Both the position numbers and the translations under genes were made by a program. Under the pieces are notes generated by a model, which saw only the letters and a list, made by a program, of their open reading frames with translations, ran no database searches and was not told the origin of the DNA. A stretch of 64,000 nt of DNA from Oscillospiraceae bacterium (GTDB taxonomy: Bacteria; Bacillota; Clostridia; Oscillospirales; CAG-272), in contig SVSS01000001.1 in NCBI GenBank assembly GCA_015064185.1, forward strand, positions 4,910-68,909, in the 5' to 3' direction. How positions within the stretch are numbered: the stretch's first letter is position 1; each line of letters opens with the position of its first letter. Of the stretch, positions 46,927 through 55,247 are shown piece by piece.

Positions 46927-47191
46927 AGCGACAGGATCGCGCAGGGCGCGAACAAAAGAGTGACCCGCCGAGCCGTGTAACCGGTATATCAGAACCCTGT
47001 TTTCACAAGGCGGTGCCCTGCCGTATGCTTTACTGCTCCCAGCGTCCTTTTGCCTGTCGAGACAAGTCAATCGATACAGGAAAAGGGAGGTCTGCAAACC
47101 ACATTCGGACTGATTTCGGGCTCCATTTCATACGTGTAGGCTCCACCAACCGCATTATCACGTACTAAGCAGGCTGTTCATAAAATTTTTG
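46927..47191 (-). ncRNA. candidate structured RNA, leader or long 3' UTR of unassigned class
   Basis: About 265 nt contain only junk-looking ORFs (Arg/Ala/Pro-rich on both strands). There is a GAAA-capped hairpin CCUUGU-GAAA-ACAGGG (plus 46995-47010) and a long hairpin CCCUUUUCCUGUAUCGA...UCGACAGGCAAAAGG (plus 47046-47087). A CGACAGG/CCUGUCG alternative pairing is possible with 46929-46935. Confidence 0.35.
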
Positions 47192-47485
47192 TTATTGATC
47201 GTGGTCGATCTCAGAGGCAAACATGTCATCAAAGTAGTCGGCAACGTCGTCAAACTCGTCGTCGTCATCAATGGTAACAAGGCTCTCCTCGCCGTTTTCC
47301 ACAACGGTTTTGAGGATGGTGTACTCACACACATCGTTGTTCTTCTCGGCGTCCTCTACGGAGATCATAGCATAATACTTAATGCCGTTTTTCTCGCAGG
47401 TGCCGATAAGCTCAAACTCGTGCTCGTTGCCCTCCTCGTCTTGAAGGGTGTAAATTTCAACTTCGTTCATTTCTTTTTCGGTCAT
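47192..47485 (-). CDS. DUF1292 domain protein
   Basis: A small acidic protein (E.YTL.DEEGNEHEFELIG....G..YY........EY.ILK) typical of DUF1292. The start is at MTEKEM with a GAGG SD. Confidence 0.8.
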   Translation of the reverse strand: MTEKEMNEVEIYTLQDEEGNEHEFELIGTCEKNGIKYYAMISVEDAEKNNDVCEYTILKTVVENGEESLVTIDDDDEFDDVADYFDDMFASEIDHDQ

Positions 47486-47639
47486 GGTTAAAACCTCACT
47501 TCGTAGTATTTCCGTACACACGGAAAATATGTGGCAAGGGTAAATAGGGGAAACCCTCGCTTTTTCAATAAAAAGTATATCATGTTTTTTTAGGAATGTC
47601 AATCAAATTTTTTTGGGCAAGGCACAGCAAAATTCTGCC

Positions 47640-47678
47640 AAAAGAGAGAGTGCCGCGGCGGACAAAGCGTGCGGCACT
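47640..47678 (-). terminator. possible terminator after prfC
   Basis: 8-bp stem AGTGCCGC pairs with GCGGCACT around a 14-nt loop. Only a weak U-tract (CUCUCUUUUGG) follows on the minus strand. Confidence 0.4.
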
Positions 47679-47754
47679 GCAAAAACAGAAATTATAGAAT
47701 TAAAAAATAGAATATTTTACTTAAAAATTGGAAAAGCAAAATTTCTTTGTTGGA

Positions 47755-49350
47755 TTATTGGCGGTCGAAGTCCTCTAACACCAAGGAGGGGTTGTTGTCA
47801 AGCGCCCACTTGATGCTCCACTGTCCGGTAAAGAGGAGGTAGTTTTTGCCACGCACATCGGTAACGCGTCGGGTATCGGATGCCAAATTGAGCTTGGCAA
47901 GTTCACCGTTATATTCCTTGATGCGTTGAATGTATTGGAAGGGGAGATCGCGCTTGATATATTCTACGCCGTATTCCGATTTCATACGGAACTGCAGCAC
48001 ATCGTATTGAAGCGTGCCGATTACGCCCACAAACACGCGCTCGTAGCCGCTGTCGGGCTCAAAGAAGATGCGAATGGCACCCTCCTGCGCAATTTGGTTC
48101 ATGCCCTTTTGGAACTGCTTGCGCTTCATGGAATCGATCTGCTCCACCATGGCAAAATGCTCGGGTGCAAAGGTGGGGATCCCCTCAAAGGCAAGCTTGC
48201 GATCCTTGGTGCATACCGTGTCGCCAATCGAAAATACGCCGGGGTCAAATACGCCGATGATGTCACCCGCATATGCCTCGTCAATGCCCTCACGTGCTTC
48301 TGCCATCATTTGCTGGGGCTGTGCCAGCTTGATGGGCTTGCCCGCCTGCATGTGATAGTATTCCTTTCCGCGTTCAAACTTGCCCGAGCAAATGCGCAAA
48401 AAGGCAATGCGGTCGCGGTGCGCCTTGTTCATGTTTGCCTGAATTTTGAAAACAAACGCGGAGAAGCGGTCATCAAACGGATCCACCGTTTCTGTTTCGG
48501 TCGTGCGGGGCAGGGGCGTGGGGGTCAGCTGCAAGAAGTATCTTAGAAAATCCTCAACGCCGAAGTTGTTGAGCGCCGAGCCGAAAAATACAGGCGAGAG
48601 CTTGCCCCTCGCAATGGCTTCAAGGTCAAAATCAAAGGAAGCGCCGTCAAGCAGCTCTACCTGCTCCACGAGCTCCTCGCGCAGGTTCTCGCCGATCAGC
48701 TCATCAAGCTTTTCGGTGTCGGAAATGTCGCATGCGATCGAGGCAAGGCGGCTTCTGCCGCGGTGTGCGTCGTCAAAGGCATGAATGGCGTGCTCGCGGC
48801 GGTCATAAACGCCCTTAAAGGTCACGCCGCAGCTAATGGGCCAGTTCATGGGATAGGTGCCGATGCCAAACTCGCGCTCGAGCTCATCAAGCAGATCAAA
48901 GGGATCGCGTGCCTCGTGGTCAAGCTTATTAATAAAGGTAAAGATCGGGATGCCGCGCTTGGCGCAAACGTGAAAGAGCTTGCGCGTTTGGGGCTCGATG
49001 CCCTTTGCCGCATCAATGACCATAACAGCGCTGTCTGCCGCCATCAGAGTGCGGTAGGTGTCCTCTGAAAAGTCTTGATGCCCGGGGGTGTCAAGAATGT
49101 TGATGCAATAGCCGTTGTATTCAAATTGAAGCACTGACGAGGTTACAGAGATGCCGCGCTGCTTTTCAAGCTCCATCCAGTCAGAAACGGCATGGCGATC
49201 GCTTTGCTTGCCCTTAACGGAGCCGGCAGATTGAATGGCGCCGCCGTAAAGAAGCAGCTTTTCGGTCAGCGTGGTTTTACCTGCATCGGGGTGCGAGATG
49301 ATCGCAAACGTGCGTCTGCGCTCTATTTCTTGTCTTGTTCTTTCATCCAT
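47755..49350 (-). CDS. prfC: peptide chain release factor 3
   Basis: The translational GTPase motifs AIISHPDAGKTTLTE, DTPGH and NKLD, and RF3-length and C-terminal domains. Confidence 0.95.
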   Translation of the reverse strand: MDERTRQEIERRRTFAIISHPDAGKTTLTEKLLLYGGAIQSAGSVKGKQSDRHAVSDWMELEKQRGISVTSSVLQFEYNGYCINILDTPGHQDFSEDTYRTLMAADSAVMVIDAAKGIEPQTRKLFHVCAKRGIPIFTFINKLDHEARDPFDLLDELEREFGIGTYPMNWPISCGVTFKGVYDRREHAIHAFDDAHRGRSRLASIACDISDTEKLDELIGENLREELVEQVELLDGASFDFDLEAIARGKLSPVFFGSALNNFGVEDFLRYFLQLTPTPLPRTTETETVDPFDDRFSAFVFKIQANMNKAHRDRIAFLRICSGKFERGKEYYHMQAGKPIKLAQPQQMMAEAREGIDEAYAGDIIGVFDPGVFSIGDTVCTKDRKLAFEGIPTFAPEHFAMVEQIDSMKRKQFQKGMNQIAQEGAIRIFFEPDSGYERVFVGVIGTLQYDVLQFRMKSEYGVEYIKRDLPFQYIQRIKEYNGELAKLNLASDTRRVTDVRGKNYLLFTGQWSIKWALDNNPSLVLEDFDRQ

Positions 49351-49562
49351 AATTCTATCCTCAAAATTTTGATCGCTCTATATTTTACCGCATTTTTACG
49401 AATAATGCAAGAGCAGAAGGAAAAATATATTTTTATAAAATTTTCTGTGATCAAGGCTGTTATTTAAGCATGGCAAGGCTTTTATTTATTGTGTATCGCA
49501 AAGATGACAAACAGCCCAAAAAACAGGCATCATTTTTGTGTATTATTTTATTGAAAAAGTAC

Positions 49563-49591
49563 TTGCCTTTTTTCGCAATTCGTGGTATACT
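49563..49591 (+). promoter_or_regulatory. candidate sigma-A promoter for nrdDG (TTGCCT-17-TATACT)
   Basis: TTGCCT lies at 49563-49568 and TATACT at 49586-49591. Confidence 0.5.
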
Positions 49592-49603
49592 ATTTCCTGC
49601 CTG

Positions 49604-49619
49604 ACACAACATATTGTGT
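49604..49619. promoter_or_regulatory. NrdR box
   Basis: The 16-bp palindrome ACACAACATATTGTGT matches the NrdR operator consensus (acaCwAtATaTwGtgt). It sits immediately downstream of the -10 element. Confidence 0.6.
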
Positions 49620-49680
49620 TTCATTCCAAAAACGCATCTAAATATAGGGGCGCACGGGGCGCCTGAAGGGAGAGGAAAAA

Positions 49681-51864
49681 ATGAAGATCATTAAAAGAAA
49701 CGGCTCTGAAGTGACCTTTGACCGCGAGAAGATCGTACGCGCTATTGAGAAGGCGAACGAAAGCGGCGAGGGCAAACCGGAACTTACCAAGCGCCAAATT
49801 GACTATATTTCCTTTGTCATTGAGGATTATTGTGAGGATGTAGGGCGCGCGCTTTCTGTGGAGGAGATCCAGGAGCTTGTCGAAACGCTTATCATTCAGC
49901 AAAATGCACCCGAAACGGCAAAGCGTTACATTCGTTATCGCTTTACCCGCAACCTGGCACGCCGTGCTAATACCACCGACGAAAATATCCTTTCTCTCAT
50001 TGAATGCAACAATGAGGAAGTGAAGCAGGAGAACTCCAACAAAAACCCCACTGTCAACAGCGTACAGCGCGACTATATGGCAGGCGAGGTGTCAAAGGAC
50101 CTTACGCGCCGCATTCTGCTCCCTGAGGACATTGTGCGTGCACATGAGGAGGGCATCATCCACTTCCACGATGCAGATTATTTTGCACAGCATATGCACA
50201 ACTGTGACCTTGTCAATCTTGAGGATATGCTGCAAAACGGCACCGTGATCAGCGGCACGCTTATCGAAAAGCCGCACAGCTTTTCTACTGCCTGCAACAT
50301 CGCCACGCAGATCATTGCGCAGGTCGCCTCCAACCAATACGGCGGCCAGAGCATTTCTCTGACGCACCTTGCACCCTTTGTGCAGGTGTCGCGTGATAAG
50401 ATCAGAGGTGAGGTTCTCGCTGAAATGGAGGATCTTGGTATCATGCCGAGCGAGGAAAAGATCGCTGAGATCGTAGAGCAGCGACTCCTCAAGGAGATCA
50501 GCCGTGGCGTACAGACCATTCAGTATCAGGTCGTAACGCTGCTGACCACCAACGGACAAGCACCCTTTGTTACGGTATTTATGTACCTTGGCGAGGCACA
50601 GGATCCTCAGCTCAAGCATGATCTTGCGCTGATCATTCGCGAGGTGCTGCGTCAACGCATCCGCGGTGTAAAAAATGAGGCAGGTGTGTACGTTACGCCC
50701 GCATTCCCCAAGCTTATTTACGTGCTTGAGGAGGATAATATTCATGATGATTCCCCCTACTACGAGCTCACAAAGCTTGCCGCACAGTGCACGGCAAAGC
50801 GCATGGTGCCCGATTACATCTCCGAAAAGGTGATGAAGAGCCTTAAGGTTGATGACAATGGTGACGGGAATTGTTATACCTGCATGGGTTGCCGTTCGTT
50901 CCTCACGCCTTGGGTGGATGAAAACGGCAAGGCGAAGTATTACGGCCGCTTCAATCAGGGTGTTGTTACCATCAATCTGGTGGATGCCGCGTGCACCGCA
51001 ACCCTTGAAGGTAGAAATATTGAAAAATTCTGGCAGGTGCTGGATGAGCGTCTGGAGCTTTGCCACCGCGCGCTGCAGTGCCGTCATGAGCGCCTTGAGG
51101 GAACGCTTTCCGATGCCGCACCTATTTTGTGGCAGTACGGTGCGCTTGCACGCCTTGAAAAGGGCGAGCCGATCACCAAGCTCCTTCACGGCGGTTATTC
51201 TACCATTTCGCTTGGTTACGCAGGTCTTTGGGAGTGCGTATATGCCGTAACGGGCAAGAAGCTTACCGACCCTGAGGGTCAGAGCTTTGGTCTTGCGGTA
51301 ATGCATCGCATGAATGATGCCTGCAAGAAGTGGAAGGCTGAGGAGAACATTCATTATTCTCTTTATGGCACACCCCTTGAGTCCACGACCTATAAATTTG
51401 CCAAGTGCTTGCAGAAGCGTTTTGGTAAAATTCGTGGCGTAACCGATAAGAGCTATATCACAAATTCCTATCACGTTCACGTAACTGAGGAGATCGATGC
51501 CTTCGAGAAGCTCGCGTTTGAGTCTAAATTCCAAGAGCTTTCTCCCGGTGGCGCGATCAGCTATGTCGAGGTTCCCAACATGCAGGATAACCTTGATGCG
51601 GTGCTTGAGGTCATGAAGTTTATTTACAATAACATTATGTACGCCGAGCTTAACACCAAGAGCGATTACTGCCAGGTGTGCGGTTATGACGGAGAGATCG
51701 TTATTGTAGAGGATGACGGCAAGCTTGTTTGGGAGTGCCCTCATTGCCACAACCGTGACCAAAACAAGATGAACGTAGCGCGCCGTACCTGCGGATATAT
51801 TGGCTCTCAGTATTGGAACCAAGGGCGCACACAGGAAATTCGTGAGCGCGTGCTGCATCTTTGA
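49681..51864 (+). CDS. nrdD: anaerobic ribonucleoside-triphosphate reductase (class III) with N-terminal ATP-cone
   Basis: ATP-cone MKIIKRNGSEVTFDREKI, the C-terminal Zn site C.VCG...C..C and the glycyl-radical motif RRTCGY. Confidence 0.95.
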   Translation: MKIIKRNGSEVTFDREKIVRAIEKANESGEGKPELTKRQIDYISFVIEDYCEDVGRALSVEEIQELVETLIIQQNAPETAKRYIRYRFTRNLARRANTTDENILSLIECNNEEVKQENSNKNPTVNSVQRDYMAGEVSKDLTRRILLPEDIVRAHEEGIIHFHDADYFAQHMHNCDLVNLEDMLQNGTVISGTLIEKPHSFSTACNIATQIIAQVASNQYGGQSISLTHLAPFVQVSRDKIRGEVLAEMEDLGIMPSEEKIAEIVEQRLLKEISRGVQTIQYQVVTLLTTNGQAPFVTVFMYLGEAQDPQLKHDLALIIREVLRQRIRGVKNEAGVYVTPAFPKLIYVLEEDNIHDDSPYYELTKLAAQCTAKRMVPDYISEKVMKSLKVDDNGDGNCYTCMGCRSFLTPWVDENGKAKYYGRFNQGVVTINLVDAACTATLEGRNIEKFWQVLDERLELCHRALQCRHERLEGTLSDAAPILWQYGALARLEKGEPITKLLHGGYSTISLGYAGLWECVYAVTGKKLTDPEGQSFGLAVMHRMNDACKKWKAEENIHYSLYGTPLESTTYKFAKCLQKRFGKIRGVTDKSYITNSYHVHVTEEIDAFEKLAFESKFQELSPGGAISYVEVPNMQDNLDAVLEVMKFIYNNIMYAELNTKSDYCQVCGYDGEIVIVEDDGKLVWECPHCHNRDQNKMNVARRTCGYIGSQYWNQGRTQEIRERVLHL

Positions 51865-51869
51865 TCCTT

Positions 51870-52400
51870 ATGAATTACGGTGCAATTAAAAAATGTGATA
51901 TTGCAAACGGTCCCGGCATACGTGTTTCACTTTTTGTGTCGGGCTGCACGCACCATTGCCCCGGCTGCTTTAACAAGGATACGTGGGATTTTAACTACGG
52001 CGAGCCGTTTACCCCTCAAACGGAGCGAGAAATTCTTGATTTGCTGGCACCGGAGCATATTGGCGGATTTTCGTTGCTTGGGGGTGAGCCGTTTGAGCCG
52101 CAAAATCAGCGAGCCTTACTGCCGCTTTTGAGGAAAATCAAGGCACAGTATCCCACTAAATCCGTTTGGTGCTACTCGGGCTATGTGCTTGAGCAGCTGA
52201 TGGGCGAGAGCCGTGCGCGATGCGAAGTGACTGATGAAATGCTTGACCTCATTGACGTGCTTGTTGATGGCAGATTTGTGGAAGCGAAAAAGGATATCCG
52301 CTTGCGTTTCCGCGGCTCTTCGAATCAGCGCTTGATCGATCTTAATAAAACACGTGCTGCCGGAAGCCTTATTTTGTGGGATGACGGCATGCGGAAATAA
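51870..52400 (+). CDS. nrdG: anaerobic ribonucleotide reductase activating protein (radical SAM)
   Basis: The motifs DIANGPGIRVSLFVSGC.HHCPGCFN. The ATG at 51870 comes just after the nrdD stop. Confidence 0.9.
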   Translation: MNYGAIKKCDIANGPGIRVSLFVSGCTHHCPGCFNKDTWDFNYGEPFTPQTEREILDLLAPEHIGGFSLLGGEPFEPQNQRALLPLLRKIKAQYPTKSVWCYSGYVLEQLMGESRARCEVTDEMLDLIDVLVDGRFVEAKKDIRLRFRGSSNQRLIDLNKTRAAGSLILWDDGMRK

Positions 52401-52408
52401 TAGCTGCA

Positions 52409-52442
52409 AAAAGGGCTGCGTTTGAAAACGCGGCCCTTTTTT
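52409..52442 (+). terminator. rho-independent terminator after nrdG
   Basis: Stem AAGGGCTGCG pairs with CGCGGCCCTT around an 8-nt loop, followed by a T-run. Confidence 0.7.
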
Positions 52443-52592
52443 ACGGCGTGTTACTTTGCGAAATCATATATTTATATGATGAATAATATAAAAAATCCGT
52501 TTTCGTATTGACTTTTGGTGTGTCAAACGCTATAATAGTTGTGTATGTCACAGTCGTATTTTGTTTTATCACGCAGGAAGGGGAAGTTCTAT

Positions 52593-53321
52593 ATGACGTT
52601 AAAGGAGCTTGAAGCCCTTATTGGGGTTGCCGTAAAGGATGCTGATCTTTCCGATACGGATATCCCTGCCATCGATCTGTATCTCGATCAGATCTTAAGT
52701 CTTGTTGCTGACAAAAACAACGGTGCATCCGTGCGGTATCGTGAGCGTGCGCTGACGAAAACAATGATCAACAATTACTCCAAGGACGGTCTGATCAGCC
52801 CGATCGTGGGTAAGAAATATACGCGTGAGCACATCATCGAGATGCTGCTTGTATATGCGCTCAAAAACACGCTCTCCATCGCGGAGATCAAGCGTGTGCT
52901 TATGGGTGTGCGCAATGACTGTGGCTTTGCGGGCAGCGATCTTGCCGCAGGATATCAGCAATTCCTTTCCGTGAAGGAAAGCAACCGTTCGCGCGTTGGC
53001 GCGTTGGTGCTCTCCTTGCTGCAAGAGGACAACCTTGACGTAGAGGATGACCATGATTTTTTTGTGGCACTGCTTGATATTCTTTCACTTTCTGCCTATC
53101 TTAAGGTAGTGGCACAGGAAATGCTGGAGGCGCGCTATACCGATCCCGATCAGATCGAGCGTGAGCGCCGTGAGCGTGAGCGTCAGGAAAAGCGCGAGCG
53201 TGATGAGGCTGAAAAGCAAAAGAAGCGCGAGCGTGATGAGGCGGAGCGCCAAGAAAAGGCAGAAAAACGGGAAGTAAAGAAAAAGGAAAAAAGCAAGGAT
53301 CTTCCCGAACCTGCGGATTAA
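52593..53321 (+). CDS. DUF1836 domain protein with Arg/Glu/Lys-rich repeat tail
   Basis: The D.YLDQI...LTKTMINNYSK.GLI.P..GKKY.REH pattern of DUF1836. The tail RERRERERQEKRERDEAEKQKKRERDEAERQEK is encoded partly by a direct 20-nt repeat, AAGCGCGAGCGTGATGAGGC, present twice. Confidence 0.7.
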   Translation: MTLKELEALIGVAVKDADLSDTDIPAIDLYLDQILSLVADKNNGASVRYRERALTKTMINNYSKDGLISPIVGKKYTREHIIEMLLVYALKNTLSIAEIKRVLMGVRNDCGFAGSDLAAGYQQFLSVKESNRSRVGALVLSLLQEDNLDVEDDHDFFVALLDILSLSAYLKVVAQEMLEARYTDPDQIERERRERERQEKRERDEAEKQKKRERDEAERQEKAEKREVKKKEKSKDLPEPAD

Positions 53322-53376
53322 CTCTTTTTTACTTAAATGTGTTCCACAAATCGTTCAATTCCAGTGAGGTGACAAA

Positions 53377-55242
53377 ATGTCAAATATCTGTTGGCGAAAA
53401 ATTCGGAAAATAGTGGTATTGATCCTTGCAGATCTTGCGTTCTTGATATTTTCACTGCTTCTTGCACGCGTACTGTTTACCAATAGTATAGGCAATGCTT
53501 TTGAGAATATATTCGGTATTTTGGGTACTGCGGTTCTGACTCTTTCGGTATTTGCACTGTGCGGTTTTTATAACATGTCCCTTAAAAATGCGGGATTTGA
53601 GGAAATGCTGCGCATTTGCCTTGGCGTGCTGGTCGCAATGGTTCCCAATATACTCTTTCAGTATCTGGTCGCAGGATTTCGCATGCGTGAGATCATTCTC
53701 GCATTTGTGATTCTTTTTGACTTGATCTGCATATCGCGCTACCGGTCGCGCTTTACAACTGCGTGGCGGCATCGCTTTGTCGACCGAAAAGAGAGAATTC
53801 CTGTTATGGTCGTTGGTGGCGGTGATGCCGGCACTACGATCATTCGAGAAATGAATGCTTCCAATAAGATCGCGTATAAGCCGCTTTGTATTATCGATGA
53901 TGACCCCCAGAAGTTTAACACGCGTATTTGCAATGTTCCTGTTGTGGGAAATCGCAACGACATTGAGGAGGCGGTTGCCAAATACGGTGTAGAGCAGATT
54001 TTTATCGTGATCCCTTCGGCACAAAGGCAGGCGATCCGAGAGATCTGCGAGATCTGTGCACGCACCAAATGTCGCGTTCGTATTTTGCCGGGCATGCATG
54101 AGATGATCGATGGGACAGCAATGACGCATCAGATGCGAGATGTCAGCATTGATGACCTTCTCGGGCGTGAACCGATCAGAGTTAACACGCGTGAGGTTTT
54201 CGGCTATATTGAGGGGAAAAATATTTTGGTTACGGGCGGTGGCGGCTCGATCGGCAGTGAGCTTTGCCGACAGATCGCGGCACACAATCCCGCCTCGCTT
54301 ACCATTTTTGATATCTACGAAAACAACGCTTATGATATCGAAATGGAGCTGCGTCGTAATTTCCCGTATCTTGATCTCAAGGTGCTCATTGGTAGCGTGC
54401 GCGAGGCAAGGCGTGTGAATGATGTGTTTGCGATGGTGCACCCGCATATCGTATTCCACGCGGCGGCACACAAGCACGTTCCCCTGATGGAAACCAGCCC
54501 CGCAGAGGCTGTTAAAAACAATGTGTTCGGTACATACAACGTTGCCAAGGCGGCAAACGATTTCGGCGCAGAGCGCTTTGTTATGATCTCTACCGATAAG
54601 GCGGTAAATCCCACCAACGTCATGGGTGCCACAAAGCGTATATGCGAGATGATCGTGCAGAATTTTGCGCAGCATTCCGAGAAGACTGATTACGTCGCCG
54701 TACGCTTCGGCAACGTGCTTGGCAGTAACGGTAGTGTAATTCCGCTGTTCAAGCGCCAAATTGCACAGGGCGGTCCTGTCACAGTAACGCATAAGGATAT
54801 TATCCGTTATTTTATGACCATTCCCGAGGCTGTTTCGCTTGTGCTGCAAGCGGGAGCGTATGCTACGGGCGGTGAGATCTTCGTGCTTGATATGGGTGAG
54901 CCGGTGCGCATTGTGTCGCTTGCCGAAAATTTGATCCGACTTTCCGGATATACACCTTATGAGGATATTCAAATCACCTTTACGGGCCTGCGCCAGGGTG
55001 AAAAGCTTTTTGAGGAGCTGCTCTTGAACGAAGAGGGGATGCGAAAAACTCCCAATAAGAAAATTTATATTGGTAATCCCATTCAGATCGATAGCGCGTT
55101 GCTTGATCGTACGCTCGATCAGATGCAGGCTGCTGCCGCAACGAATGATAACGTAACGCTACTTGCGCTGATCAAGGAGCTGGTTCCCACCTACCGTGCC
55201 GATAAGCGTACCAATGCGGCAATCTCTAAAAGCAAGGAGTAA
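53377..55242 (+). CDS. capD: polysaccharide biosynthesis protein CapD/PglF/WbpM family (membrane-anchored NDP-sugar 4,6-dehydratase)
   Basis: Four N-terminal TM helices, two Rossmann motifs (VVGGGDAG and VTGGGGSIGSE) and an SDR extended-family core. Confidence 0.9.
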   Translation: MSNICWRKIRKIVVLILADLAFLIFSLLLARVLFTNSIGNAFENIFGILGTAVLTLSVFALCGFYNMSLKNAGFEEMLRICLGVLVAMVPNILFQYLVAGFRMREIILAFVILFDLICISRYRSRFTTAWRHRFVDRKERIPVMVVGGGDAGTTIIREMNASNKIAYKPLCIIDDDPQKFNTRICNVPVVGNRNDIEEAVAKYGVEQIFIVIPSAQRQAIREICEICARTKCRVRILPGMHEMIDGTAMTHQMRDVSIDDLLGREPIRVNTREVFGYIEGKNILVTGGGGSIGSELCRQIAAHNPASLTIFDIYENNAYDIEMELRRNFPYLDLKVLIGSVREARRVNDVFAMVHPHIVFHAAAHKHVPLMETSPAEAVKNNVFGTYNVAKAANDFGAERFVMISTDKAVNPTNVMGATKRICEMIVQNFAQHSEKTDYVAVRFGNVLGSNGSVIPLFKRQIAQGGPVTVTHKDIIRYFMTIPEAVSLVLQAGAYATGGEIFVLDMGEPVRIVSLAENLIRLSGYTPYEDIQITFTGLRQGEKLFEELLLNEEGMRKTPNKKIYIGNPIQIDSALLDRTLDQMQAAAATNDNVTLLALIKELVPTYRADKRTNAAISKSKE

Positions 55243-55247
55243 ATTAT

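Noticed and set aside
46927-47191. Tried to identify the structured region as SRP RNA, RNase P RNA, tmRNA, 6S RNA, a T-box or an M-box.
   Set aside because: None of the hallmark sequences is present on either strand:
- SRP domain IV, GGAAGCAGC with a GNRA loop
- RNase P, GAGGAAAGUCC
- tmRNA, the tRNA-like 3' end
- T-box, GGUGGUACCGCG

Partial matches (CGGGCUCCAU, GGUGCCCUG, GUUGGUGGAGCC) do not extend. The region is therefore kept only as an unclassified candidate.
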